A stretch of 64,000 nt of DNA from an uncultured Saprospiraceae bacterium (GTDB taxonomy: Bacteria; Bacteroidota; Bacteroidia; Chitinophagales; Saprospiraceae): NCBI GenBank assembly GCA_964548175.1, contig CAZJQS010000015.1:920-64919 (forward strand). Direction: 5' to 3'. The notes beneath the pieces are model-generated. The model saw nothing but the letters and a program-made list of their open reading frames with translations. It was not told the DNA's origin and made no database searches. Shown piece by piece: positions 47,862 through 57,720 of this stretch. Within the stretch, counting starts at the first letter, position 1, and every line of letters starts with the position of its first letter. Position numbers and translations under genes: made by a program.

Positions 47862-48335
47862 TTATACAGTAATGTGAACGATTTCAAACTCCAGGTCGCC
47901 TCTTGGCGTTTCGACCTTGGCGATCTCTCCGACCTTTTTGCCGAGCAAGCCTTTACCCATAGGAGAGGTGACGGAGATCTTTTTGTCTTTCAGGTTAGCT
48001 TCCGTTTCTGAGACCAACTGATAGGTCAGTTCTTTTTTATTTTTGGTGTTTTTTATGGTCACTTTAGCCAGAACGGTCACTTTGGAAGTATCAACCTGGC
48101 TGCTGTCCAATATTCTTGCATTGGATAATTCTTTTTCCAATTCATTTATTTTGAGTTCCAGCAGCCCTTGTGCTTCTTTAGCAGCATCATATTCTGCATT
48201 TTCTGATAGATCGCCCTTCTCTCTCGCCTCTGCAATAGCTTTAGCAGCATCTGATCTGCCCTTTGATTTTAGTTCGTCTAATTCGGCTATCAGCTTATCG
48301 TAGCCCTCTTTAGTTAAATAATTATAAACTGCCAT
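47862..48335 (-). CDS. greA: Transcription elongation factor GreA
   Basis: YLTKEGYDKLIAELDELK...GDLSENAEYDAAKE, 157 aa. Confidence 0.95.
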   Translation of the reverse strand: MAVYNYLTKEGYDKLIAELDELKSKGRSDAAKAIAEAREKGDLSENAEYDAAKEAQGLLELKINELEKELSNARILDSSQVDTSKVTVLAKVTIKNTKNKKELTYQLVSETEANLKDKKISVTSPMGKGLLGKKVGEIAKVETPRGDLEFEIVHITV

Positions 48336-48502
48336 AAAACAAGATTTTTGAAAATAAACAATAAACTTCTCCCAGTTCTGAGCCTTGAGGCTTCAGCAAC
48401 CTGCACTTCGTCTCCAAAATGTTTGAAAAAATTCAGGAAAGTGCTCTCCTGACTGAGAGAAAGCCTTGAAGTTTTGTAGTAATCAATTCCCAATACTCAA
48501 AT

Positions 48503-48551
48503 AAAAGGCAAGAACGTTTCCACTCAATAGATGGAAACGTTCTTGCCTTTT
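48503..48551. terminator. Strong intrinsic terminator downstream of the PorV-like gene
   Basis: aaaaggcaagaacgtttcca-ctcaataga-tggaaacgttcttgcctttt is a perfect 20-bp stem including A/T tracts. Confidence 0.85.
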
Positions 48552-48610
48552 AAGTAAAACAAAAATAGGAATATTACTAATAAAACTCAAGAGCTAAGAC
48601 CAGGAAAATA

Positions 48611-49654
48611 TTAAATACTGATTCTCAGCGAAATATTATGCGTTCCGTTCCAAAGCCGGGAATGCCGGTAGGCATAATCGATCCCCAGACGATTGCCTTT
48701 GTTTTCCTTATTCAGCGGAAGCTCAAAACTTGCCCCAGCAGAAAGCCCGGTGTAGATAGAAGCTTCAACTTCAGGCACGTTCCCTAAATCCACTTTGTAG
48801 CCGGCGCGGATCATAAAAAGTTCATTCAGGGAGTACTCTGCTCCTGCGCCCAACTGGTCCTGGGAAAAAGAATTGGAGGTAAAATTGCCCACCATCGTAA
48901 ACCTATGCCGCTCACCGAACAAAAAGTCATAGGACATTCCGATATTCAACATAGACGGCAATTCAAAGGTAGCCGACCTTTGATTGAGCGTCAGCTCATA
49001 TCCTCCGCCATTAGGCGCAGGCGAAGGCGTCGCGAGCCCTTCCCCGGTAAACTTCATGGGGGAGCCGACATTACGCAGTGAAATACCGAACTTGAAATTG
49101 TCATTCTCTCCAGTTACATATTGCACGCCTGCATCCAGGGCAAAACCAAAGGCCGATACGTCAGCAATCGATTCGGAGATCAGCCGCAGCCCCAGCCCCA
49201 CAGAGATCTTATTCTCAAAAGTGTAGGCATAGCCTAGCGCGAGGTGGAAAAAGCTGGGCGAAAAGGTCGTTCCGGTACCCTCCGGCTGATCAACGGTAGT
49301 CACTTCAATCTCCCCAAAATCGAGGGCCATCAGGGTAAGCCCGAAGGCCCCTCCTTCTCCCGCCCTGGTCACAATGCCCAGCGAATTCATGGTAATGCCC
49401 GTTCCTTGCAGATAATTGGCGTAGCCGGCCATGACCTCCAGGCTATTGATCCGGCCAAGCCCGGCTACATTCAAACGCATGGCCTCCACCCCGCGAATGT
49501 TGGCTGTCGTCATCGTATGCAACCCGGCACTCCTGGCCCAGGGATTCATCAGCAGTTCATAAGCCCCGGCTTCTCCCTGTCGGTCTGGATTGCCGGCCCA
49601 GACAGCAGTAGTCGCCACACAACATAAGAGGAGCAGAAAGTAAATTTTGTTCAT
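48611..49654 (-). CDS. PorV/PorQ-family (FadL-like) outer-membrane beta-barrel
   Basis: Start chosen at ATG 49654 (MNKIYFLLLLCCVATTAVWA signal). N-terminal pattern GEAGAYELLMNPWARSAGLHTMTTANIRGVEAMRLNVAGLG fits the PorV/PorQ family pattern as I recall it. Beta-strand-rich, ending ISLRISI. Confidence 0.65.
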   Translation of the reverse strand: MNKIYFLLLLCCVATTAVWAGNPDRQGEAGAYELLMNPWARSAGLHTMTTANIRGVEAMRLNVAGLGRINSLEVMAGYANYLQGTGITMNSLGIVTRAGEGGAFGLTLMALDFGEIEVTTVDQPEGTGTTFSPSFFHLALGYAYTFENKISVGLGLRLISESIADVSAFGFALDAGVQYVTGENDNFKFGISLRNVGSPMKFTGEGLATPSPAPNGGGYELTLNQRSATFELPSMLNIGMSYDFLFGERHRFTMVGNFTSNSFSQDQLGAGAEYSLNELFMIRAGYKVDLGNVPEVEASIYTGLSAGASFELPLNKENKGNRLGIDYAYRHSRLWNGTHNISLRISI

Positions 49655-49674
49655 AAAAAATTTATTTGCCAGGT

Positions 49675-49702
49675 CCGGCCAACCTGCCAGCAGGCTGGCC
49701 GG
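49675..49702 (-). promoter_or_regulatory. GC-rich intercistronic stem-loop between the giant gene and the PorV-like gene
   Basis: ccggccaacctg-ccag-caggctggccgg is a 12-bp stem with one mismatch, inside the 58-nt gap (49655-49712). Confidence 0.5.
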
Positions 49703-49712
49703 GCCCAGGTGT

Positions 49713-52700
49713 TTATAATCCAGAGGGGTCAAATTTCCTATTGATCCCAAACCATTTTATCGTGCGTTCTCCCAATTCACCGGCATCAATGTGCACTAAA
49801 TAAATACCGCTGGCAATAGGTATGCCTCTGTTGTTCCTCAGGTCCCATTCCAAGGCAGGACTGATCTGCTGCCGCTTAATGGCCCTGTTGACCCCGTCAG
49901 GCACCGCACCGACCTCATCACGTCGATACTGCCGGATGAACTTGCCGTCCAGAGAGAAAATAGTCACAATACACTGTGCCGGCAGATTTGTTATTTTAAC
50001 CGTCGTCGTAAATTGCGATTGCTCGTAATCAGAGAAGCCATAATACGGGTTAGGTACTACCTTGATCTGATCCAGGGCGCTTTCTACCTCTATCTCCGAC
50101 AATGGCTCCGGCTCCTTGTTGTCAATTGTAAACTGATAAGCCGGATAGCCGCCGTATTCCCCAGTACCGACAGCCACCTTGAAGGGGTTGTCTACTCTCA
50201 ACTTTACGACCACCTCCTCCGGTATGAGGCCTTCCTCGTAGGATAACAATCCCGTTCCAGGCGCCGTCATGATGAAACCCGCCCAGGTGATGTCCTCTAC
50301 GCTCCTTACCTTCGCCAGGCTGGGCCTGTTACTGTCAAAGTTCTCTCTGAACTCCTGACACTCATCATAAGGTGTATTAGTAACATAAACCATGTGCTGG
50401 CCACCCGCCAGGAAGTTGAACAAGGTTACAAAGTTGCCGGCAGGGAGGAACAATTGCGAAGAAGGATTGAACATCATATCCCCTCCTGTTGGCGGCCCCT
50501 GGAAGCCTTCCGCTGCCAGAGACCCGTTGTAAACGGAGTTTTCAGAGAAGAAAATGTTCAGCCGCTGCCCGGTCTCTACATCGATGGCATAGCCGGGGAA
50601 CCAGCCCATGCCGTTACCGGGATCTTCCGTATCCACATCCGGCAAGCCGTCCCCGTTCTGGTCAAAGCGGGTTACATTAGGATCGGACCGGAGATCAAAA
50701 TGGCGTCGCCCCCCTTCCGCCTGGAAGCCATTTTGATTGTAGTATCGGTTGGCGCCCTCTACAATGACGCATCGGCTCCACAATTCCTTGTTGGGCGTAA
50801 ATACGATATCCACGTTATTCAACATGGACAGTGATGTTCTTCCCCGAACGAGGTTATTCCCGCTCAGGTCGCTCCAGGCAGGCGTGATGTATTGCAGGTC
50901 CCGGTTCTGGTCTTCCCGGCGACGCCAGTTGGCCATATAATAAGGTAGAAAATAGCCGGGGCCTATATTCGTGTAAGCCTGTTCGGGATCAATGTCCGCA
51001 TCTTCTCCGCCGGGGGAGTTATCCACGTAATCAAAGACGAGATCCCCGAAGCTGGTCGTTCCCGCTGCAAAGTCATCCGGTATGCCGGTCAACCATTGAA
51101 TGGGTTCTTCAGTAGCGTATTCTTCTTCATAGCCGATCACGCCGTTGCCGTCTATCCGGGTAGTTCCCACCTCAGGGGTTTGTACGATAGCCACGCTAAA
51201 GCCGTATTCTTTAATGATCTGTTCGTTGAGGCGATCGATCGTGCGTTCTGATAGGATGACCGGCTGGGCAGGATCGCTGAGGTTGCGTAACTCCCAGCGA
51301 ACGTTGTTGTCCAGTTGGTCATTATTCAAATCTTCATCAGCCAGGCGAAGTTCAAAAGAACCGTTCACGACTTCCAGCGGATTGAAAATAGTGATCTCTA
51401 TCGGTCCTTCTCCGCTTTTGTAAGTAATGACCCCATCAAAAGAACCCTCCATTATGGCCTGACGGGTTTCCTCTGAGATATCTAAAAAGCGGCCGCCTGC
51501 CCCAACGCCATCCAAGCGGGTAATGGCAGGGCCCTCACCATATTGAGCATTCAGGCGGCGATCGACGATGGGCCGTGGAATAGCTATGTAAAAGGGATTG
51601 TCCCCGTCTCCGATATTTCGCCGTCCTTCCAAATAGGGCCGCCGCTGCCCAATGACATCTTTAGGATCGAACGGCTCGTACTCGTTAAAGGCATAGGCAA
51701 TGGCTGTAAAGTAATATCGTTTGTGATTGACCAGCCGCCGGTCACCTGATGCGAACCGATCTTCTCTGATGCGAAACGTATGCCGAATACCTTCATTACG
51801 GCCTTCCACCTGAAGGAAAGGAGCATAAAACTCATCCCCTGTAGGATTATCCACCGTTTCCCAATTAAAAATTCGATCCATATTATTTTTTAGATCCGCC
51901 TGAAAGATTAACCTCGCTTTATCGGGATCATCCAGATCGGCCAGGGTAACATCCGGGCCCGAAAGCTGGTAAAACTTATATCCTTCAAAACGATAAAGCG
52001 TATCTTCTGCTCCGGCAGGGATCTGCAAGCCCCTTTGCGCATAAGCTTCGAAGGCATTGTTAGAAGTCAAGGTGTCATTAGTAAAAATAGCGATGATCTC
52101 CCGGTCCAGTTCAATAAAGTCCACATCCGGCGCATCAGGGCCGTCGGTAATCTCAAAGCAGTTATCAAACAAAGCCTGTGCAATGTCATCAGCTTCCTGC
52201 AACTTGCGAATACTCGGACAGGGGTAGTCCTGGTCAGCCACCCAGACTGCACCGATGATCAGCTCATTGACCGCGCCGGGATCCAGGCGGAAAGGGCCGG
52301 AAGCCTGAAGCGTGCGGCGATCACCAAAAGCCAGTCCTTCAGAACACATGGACCAGCCCCGGGGATCATCCGGTGTATCGGTAAAAGCATATTTGATCGG
52401 CTCTCCGTCCTGATAGGCATCGTCACCAAAAGTGAATGGACTGCCGTCTTTCCACGAGCCGGAGATATAGTTGTAAAATTCCTGAGCATTTTCGGGATCT
52501 GTGGTCCCGAATTCCGGAGAACCCACACCGCCGTTGTTATAGTAAGTAAAAGAAGACATGGGTAGCTCATTGCCGTTTTCATCCAACGGACCACGGAAAT
52601 AGTCAACCCCCAGAATAGGCACTTCTTCACAATAAGTATTTACGCCCAGGGGGCAGACGCAGCCGGTTTGCCCGTCAATGGCGTCTTCATTGTACACATA

Positions 52701-53723
52701 AGCCAGGCTGCGCGTGGTATCGCAACCGATGTAATCATCCGTATAACACCCCAGGTCGGGATCGACCCACATGGCAAAAAACATGGAGTCGATACTTTCC
52801 ACAGCCCTGTTGATCAGCTTATAGCGCTGGAAGGTCATGTCGTTGATCTCGTCATTAGTCGCGTAGGCAAATGCCTGGACCTGTATTTCCATTTGTATGG
52901 CGTCACCCATGGACTGGGCATGGATATTTCCGGCATCGTTGTAGATCCAGAAGATCATTTCATCGGGAAACTGTGGCTCGTCCAGGCAACCCCGGATCTC
53001 GATCACGGGAAAATCACCCAGATCCGGGTTGTAGTTGCCGTCGCCATCCTGATCCCAGAAGCCGGCCAATCCCTGAGTGGTATTGGGCAGATCGAACTGG
53101 TGGACTTCGAAGAAGAATTCATTACCTTTGGCCGGCCAGCCTTTGACGTCTTTTGGAATATCGTCAGGGTCGTAAGGAACCCCTTCCACGACACTTCTTT
53201 CATAATTTCGGATGTGCTGTTCGATGCTTTCGCCTTTGACCACAAAGAACTTGTCCCATTTGGCGCAGGACTCCTGGTCCGTCAACCCCGTCTCCGGGTT
53301 AAGCGGGCCGGGCCAGTAGTCGAAGGCGCCATTACTACGCCCGTAAGTTTGCGCAGCTAATTTCAGATTACCGGCAGGGTCAACACCTCCCAGCCAGACG
53401 GCTCCGGCAAATATTGAAGAGACTTCGGGAAGGCCCGGCGATACTTTGGGCACGACATAACGCCCGTCGGTGCCGTCCCACCAAACATCGCCTCCGGTGA
53501 GCAATCTGGCTCTCACATTGTTGATGGCCTGGTCGATCTGGGTAATGGCGTTATCGCAATTCTCTCTGAACGAAACGGTGTTTTTATCTACCGTCTTTCC
53601 CTCTTTCCTATGGATATTCGGATTGATATTTGCCGAAAGGCTCAGCGTTATCCCTAGCCCGATCATTGTCAATAGCCATTGTTTGAATTGGCGCATAGCT
53701 GAATATGATTTTTCTTTTTTCAT
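49713..53723 (-). CDS. Large secreted protein of unknown family with a T9SS-type / FlgD-Ig-like C-terminal domain
   Basis: Start chosen at ATG 53723 (MKKEKSYSAMRQFKQWLLTMIGLGITLSLSA signal), giving 1,336 aa. C-terminus: KVVPNPYYGFSDYEQ...VKITNLPAQCIVTIFSLDGKFIRQY...WDLRNNRGIPIASGIYLVHIDAGE. The body matches nothing I recognise. Confidence 0.7.
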   Translation of the reverse strand: MKKEKSYSAMRQFKQWLLTMIGLGITLSLSANINPNIHRKEGKTVDKNTVSFRENCDNAITQIDQAINNVRARLLTGGDVWWDGTDGRYVVPKVSPGLPEVSSIFAGAVWLGGVDPAGNLKLAAQTYGRSNGAFDYWPGPLNPETGLTDQESCAKWDKFFVVKGESIEQHIRNYERSVVEGVPYDPDDIPKDVKGWPAKGNEFFFEVHQFDLPNTTQGLAGFWDQDGDGNYNPDLGDFPVIEIRGCLDEPQFPDEMIFWIYNDAGNIHAQSMGDAIQMEIQVQAFAYATNDEINDMTFQRYKLINRAVESIDSMFFAMWVDPDLGCYTDDYIGCDTTRSLAYVYNEDAIDGQTGCVCPLGVNTYCEEVPILGVDYFRGPLDENGNELPMSSFTYYNNGGVGSPEFGTTDPENAQEFYNYISGSWKDGSPFTFGDDAYQDGEPIKYAFTDTPDDPRGWSMCSEGLAFGDRRTLQASGPFRLDPGAVNELIIGAVWVADQDYPCPSIRKLQEADDIAQALFDNCFEITDGPDAPDVDFIELDREIIAIFTNDTLTSNNAFEAYAQRGLQIPAGAEDTLYRFEGYKFYQLSGPDVTLADLDDPDKARLIFQADLKNNMDRIFNWETVDNPTGDEFYAPFLQVEGRNEGIRHTFRIREDRFASGDRRLVNHKRYYFTAIAYAFNEYEPFDPKDVIGQRRPYLEGRRNIGDGDNPFYIAIPRPIVDRRLNAQYGEGPAITRLDGVGAGGRFLDISEETRQAIMEGSFDGVITYKSGEGPIEITIFNPLEVVNGSFELRLADEDLNNDQLDNNVRWELRNLSDPAQPVILSERTIDRLNEQIIKEYGFSVAIVQTPEVGTTRIDGNGVIGYEEEYATEEPIQWLTGIPDDFAAGTTSFGDLVFDYVDNSPGGEDADIDPEQAYTNIGPGYFLPYYMANWRRREDQNRDLQYITPAWSDLSGNNLVRGRTSLSMLNNVDIVFTPNKELWSRCVIVEGANRYYNQNGFQAEGGRRHFDLRSDPNVTRFDQNGDGLPDVDTEDPGNGMGWFPGYAIDVETGQRLNIFFSENSVYNGSLAAEGFQGPPTGGDMMFNPSSQLFLPAGNFVTLFNFLAGGQHMVYVTNTPYDECQEFRENFDSNRPSLAKVRSVEDITWAGFIMTAPGTGLLSYEEGLIPEEVVVKLRVDNPFKVAVGTGEYGGYPAYQFTIDNKEPEPLSEIEVESALDQIKVVPNPYYGFSDYEQSQFTTTVKITNLPAQCIVTIFSLDGKFIRQYRRDEVGAVPDGVNRAIKRQQISPALEWDLRNNRGIPIASGIYLVHIDAGELGERTIKWFGINRKFDPSGL

Positions 53724-53727
53724 TTTT

Positions 53728-56700
53728 CTAAAAATCGAAAATAGCCCCCACAAAGATCCTTCTGGGCAGGCTAAAATTATTTGGGTTCAAAAGGGCCCAC
53801 TGGTAAGAATCCAGATAAGCCTGGACCTCTCTCCTTGAGTTCTCGATCGTCTGCAGTTTATCCAATCCATCGGATGACAACAAGAAGCCGTCATCTGTTG
53901 GTGAACCGGATGCGGAATAGACGTTGATCACATTCCGGCGATCCAGCACATTAGAGACCCTCAGGTAAACATTCATGAACATGCCCTGCGAAATCTGGAA
54001 CGATTTATCTATGCGGGCGTTGAGCGTAAAGGTCCAGGGCAATCTGGATCCGTTGATGGCGCCGGCGATGGTGGCCCCGCCCAGTTCAAGCGGAGTGATC
54101 GTTGCTGTGTAAGGACGTCCGGAAACGGCGATTCCCTGCAGATTGATACCAAGGTTAGCTAGCAACTGCTTACCGAAGATCAGGGGGCCTGCATTAGGAC
54201 CACGAGGAGCAAAACGGTAGTCCATGTTAAGGTTGAAGCGATGCCGCTCATCGAAATTCAACGGGAAGAGGGTCCTCAAATTCCCCCGGCTGGTCAGGCC
54301 GCGCTGGGAGTCGGCATTGGAGCCGGTACCGTCAGCAAACTGAAGGGTATAGTTCGCATTCAGCTGAACATTTCCGGTTCTCCTCAGGTCATACTCAAAT
54401 GAAAAGCCTTTAACCGTTCCGAAATCCAGATTATCATAAGTAGTATACTGATTAACAAAAGGGACAGGGAACACGGTACGCACCTGTATCATATCTCTCA
54501 TCTCTTTGTAATAGGCAGCCATTTTGATCGCTGAGGAAGAAGAAACTACCTGCCGGAAACCCACTTCGTAATCGATCGTACGCTCGGGTCTCAGATTCGG
54601 GTTGTTTTTTATTATGCCGGCCTCATCGGTAAAATAAAAATAGTCTCTGGCTGTAGCCAGGGTATTAGTGGGCGGCCGCTGCACCAATATGTCGTAATGC
54701 GCAAAGAAGTTGGCGTACTCAGAAATGGGGAAAGAGAAAGCCAGACGAGGCATGATATTGACCTGCGCTTCGTAATCCTCGAAGGAAACGCTGGGGTCAA
54801 AGTCCCTGGACTTGATGAAATTATTGTTCTGGGTGACTCTGGAATCTTTATATTTAGGAAAAACCAAGCCTCCGGAAATAATTTCAGTAGGGCTGTTTAC
54901 CGGCGTTCCGTCATTCCGGTACCATTGATCCCCATCCCGGTAAGCCAGCACGACCGGATCAGTGGAAATATTATCTTCATTTTCAAGATACACCTTGAAG
55001 TCATCTCCTATATTACCCGGGCGTTGCCCTTCAAAGTTTTCGTGAAATTCGGCGGCGCCCATGATCTCATACAGGGAGTAGATATCCCTGAGCACCTGTG
55101 TGTTGGCGTCGTAGCGGTCGATGCGAACGCCCAGGCGGAAGATGATGTCCCGGAAGGTAAATTTGTCCTGGATATAGGCTGCCTGATAGATCGGGCGGTT
55201 GGGTGCTACAGGAAAGGTTCTGACGCCTTCTTCGTCTTCGGCGGTAAAAAAGTCTTCAAAATCCCCGTTGAAAGGCATACCGAGATAATCGTAGCCAAAA
55301 TAATTGATGATGCGCTGATCGTTCAACTCTTTGGCGGAGAACATGCTCAGGCTCAGCTGATCCGGGGTCAAGCCATCTACATTGACGAACTCATCGAGGC
55401 CCTGCCCGGTTACTTTCCTGACTTCCCGGAAAAAGCGGCTGTCCGATTGCTCCTCTAGTTTAAGGCTTAATAAAGGTACGGAAGGAAATTCCGGAATGCC
55501 GGTAAAAAAGCCTACGGTGTCGGCCGCCTCATCGATTCCCAAAATGTGGATATTGGCCTGCTGCCGGGCAATGTTCCACAAGCTGCGCGGCGCCACCGTA
55601 TAGCCCCGGTTAATCCGCTCTTCGTACATGACGCCGAACTGAATGTTGTGCACGCCCTGATCAGAATTACCGGGCACCAGTTGGAAGCTGGCATTGGCAT
55701 TAAAAGTGATGATGTCGTTCTCGTTCCTGTTGTAATTATTGAACACGGTGCCTACGTTGGCATGGAAGTTCCAGGAGTTGTTATAAAGGCCGGAAATGGC
55801 CCCATTAGGTGCAAAAAAGGTTTCCAGGGCCAGCAAATTGCCGGTTAGGCCGCCGCCGCCCAGCAGATAGTTGCCGATATTGCCGTTCAGCCCTTCCTCA
55901 AAATTAAGGCCCATAGCCCTGTTGTAATTGGTTAATACCGGATTGACCGTACCAGGAGTATAGCCCCGGAGCACGCGCAGGTAGTCTGTGTGGACGGCTT
56001 CGGTAAGTTGCGTTTCTTCATTAAACTGTACAGCAAAGGTGGGTATCCATTCGACGTCAAACTGGCCAATGTAGCCGTAATCAAAAAAGCGATCCTGATG
56101 GTTGAAGTCCGAATTCTCCGATTCATTTTTTTCGTAGCCAAAACTCAGGTCATAGGAAGCATTCTGGATAAAACCTCCTGCTCCGGACAACCGATGGCGG
56201 AATCTAAAATTTCCCCTTATATTAGATCCGGTGACCAACGGATTATTGTGGCTGTTCATCAACGCCCATCCACGTGGAGTAAAGCGGTTTCGGGTATCCC
56301 GGTAGGCGCCTGTAAAAGAGACATCGATATCGTCAGTCAACAAGGCGTCCAGTTTTGCCGTAAGATCCAGTCGGCTGGAAGCCTCATTGGGAAAGGCATC
56401 CAGTTCGTCAACATCGCTATTTCTCAAAAAATCAGCCGCCACCAGGGGAATACCGCCGTTCCCCAGCAGCGGATTGGCTTCCAGCTCTGCCAGCACATCC
56501 TCTTTCACCCGGAACACAGGTACGGCCGGCGGGTCATCATCATACTGGTAAGTATACCTTCCGGCCAGACGATACCCCAAAATAGATCGGCCTTCCGCAT
56601 TTTTCAAAATAGGCCCGCTCAAGTTAAAGCCGATGAGGCTATTCTTGTAGGCATCCAGAAATTCAGAAGTTTCCAGCTCTACCCCTCCCGAGAATTTATT

Positions 56701-57375
56701 GGAAGGCCCTTTAGTCGTAATGGAGATGATCCCACCGGTGACGTCCCCGTAACGGGCTTCGATACCACCGGTGATCACCTGAAGCTGGTCGATTTCCGAT
56801 TCGGGGATCAGACTTCCCTGCACCCGGAGCCCGTCCACGTAATAGTCCGTAGCGTTGGATCTCGACCCCCGGATGGTGATGGCGTCCCCCTCATCGGTAG
56901 TCGCCAGGCCGGCGGCAGTGGAAGCCAGGGCATTGATATTCCGGGTAGGAAGATTGCGAATTTGCTCACTGGTCAGGGTTGTTCCTGAAGTGGTATTGTC
57001 CTGTTCCACCAGGGGCACGGCGTAATCTACGACCACCACTTCATCGAGAATGATCCCCCCACCGGTAGAAATAGTCAGGTCAAGTTTATTAGCTTTACCT
57101 GCCAGCACCTTCACATTGGTTACGCGCTTGGGTTGATATCCGGTGTAGGAAGCCTCCACGTCATAAGTTCCCGGATCGATATTGCTAAAGCTATAGTTGC
57201 CGAAGTCGTCGGTCTCCGTCACATTTCTCAGCACCTCATTCTGATAGAGGGCTACCGTTCCGAAAACAATGTTCTCGCCGGATTCTTCGTCAGTGACCTT
57301 ACCGGACAGAGAGGTTTGCCCATATGAAAGCATACCTACAGATAAGGCCAGCAATACGAGTAAAATTCTTAACAT
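53728..57375 (-). CDS. TonB-dependent-receptor-like outer-membrane protein with N-terminal carboxypeptidase-regulatory-like domain
   Basis: Signal peptide. CarboxypepD_reg pattern SLSGKVTDEESGENIVFGTVAL...TDDFGNYSFSNIDPGTYDVEAS. Plug motifs: NALASTAAGL, ITIRGSRSNATDYYVDGLRV, IEARYGDVTGGIISITTK. Terminal GAIFDF. 1,215 aa. Confidence 0.8.
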   Translation of the reverse strand: MLRILLVLLALSVGMLSYGQTSLSGKVTDEESGENIVFGTVALYQNEVLRNVTETDDFGNYSFSNIDPGTYDVEASYTGYQPKRVTNVKVLAGKANKLDLTISTGGGIILDEVVVVDYAVPLVEQDNTTSGTTLTSEQIRNLPTRNINALASTAAGLATTDEGDAITIRGSRSNATDYYVDGLRVQGSLIPESEIDQLQVITGGIEARYGDVTGGIISITTKGPSNKFSGGVELETSEFLDAYKNSLIGFNLSGPILKNAEGRSILGYRLAGRYTYQYDDDPPAVPVFRVKEDVLAELEANPLLGNGGIPLVAADFLRNSDVDELDAFPNEASSRLDLTAKLDALLTDDIDVSFTGAYRDTRNRFTPRGWALMNSHNNPLVTGSNIRGNFRFRHRLSGAGGFIQNASYDLSFGYEKNESENSDFNHQDRFFDYGYIGQFDVEWIPTFAVQFNEETQLTEAVHTDYLRVLRGYTPGTVNPVLTNYNRAMGLNFEEGLNGNIGNYLLGGGGLTGNLLALETFFAPNGAISGLYNNSWNFHANVGTVFNNYNRNENDIITFNANASFQLVPGNSDQGVHNIQFGVMYEERINRGYTVAPRSLWNIARQQANIHILGIDEAADTVGFFTGIPEFPSVPLLSLKLEEQSDSRFFREVRKVTGQGLDEFVNVDGLTPDQLSLSMFSAKELNDQRIINYFGYDYLGMPFNGDFEDFFTAEDEEGVRTFPVAPNRPIYQAAYIQDKFTFRDIIFRLGVRIDRYDANTQVLRDIYSLYEIMGAAEFHENFEGQRPGNIGDDFKVYLENEDNISTDPVVLAYRDGDQWYRNDGTPVNSPTEIISGGLVFPKYKDSRVTQNNNFIKSRDFDPSVSFEDYEAQVNIMPRLAFSFPISEYANFFAHYDILVQRPPTNTLATARDYFYFTDEAGIIKNNPNLRPERTIDYEVGFRQVVSSSSAIKMAAYYKEMRDMIQVRTVFPVPFVNQYTTYDNLDFGTVKGFSFEYDLRRTGNVQLNANYTLQFADGTGSNADSQRGLTSRGNLRTLFPLNFDERHRFNLNMDYRFAPRGPNAGPLIFGKQLLANLGINLQGIAVSGRPYTATITPLELGGATIAGAINGSRLPWTFTLNARIDKSFQISQGMFMNVYLRVSNVLDRRNVINVYSASGSPTDDGFLLSSDGLDKLQTIENSRREVQAYLDSYQWALLNPNNFSLPRRIFVGAIFDF

Positions 57376-57720
57376 ACTGGAATAATTTTCATTCTGGACA
57401 TCTTAACCACATGGTTTTGACGCAAAAAATATTTTGTAATGGACATCATCATTTACAGCCATCAGTGCGCCCGAGATTGAGCCGTACAATTTTAACAAAA
57501 ATAAAATTACTAACTAAGCGCCTCGTGATATACCTAAAAAAATTAAGCCCTTTGGCAGACAAAAAGGGGGTCTGCATCGTTCGACTCCTTTGTGGAACGA
57601 AAAACACCATCCACCTGCTCCCTGGACAAAGGTCATTTGGTACAGTAAATGACAAAGCCTGGGCCGGGTTAACATTTTCCGTTTATCTTTACCTCGTCAA
57701 AAAATGGAAATTGAAAACTC

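Noticed and set aside
54697-56988. 253-aa and 332-aa plus-strand ORFs (54697-55458 and 55990-56988); also 52668-53360 and 52035-52565
   Set aside because: All are antisense shadows of the TonB-dependent-receptor-like gene or the 1,336-aa gene, which have signal peptides, domain motifs and tight operon structure.
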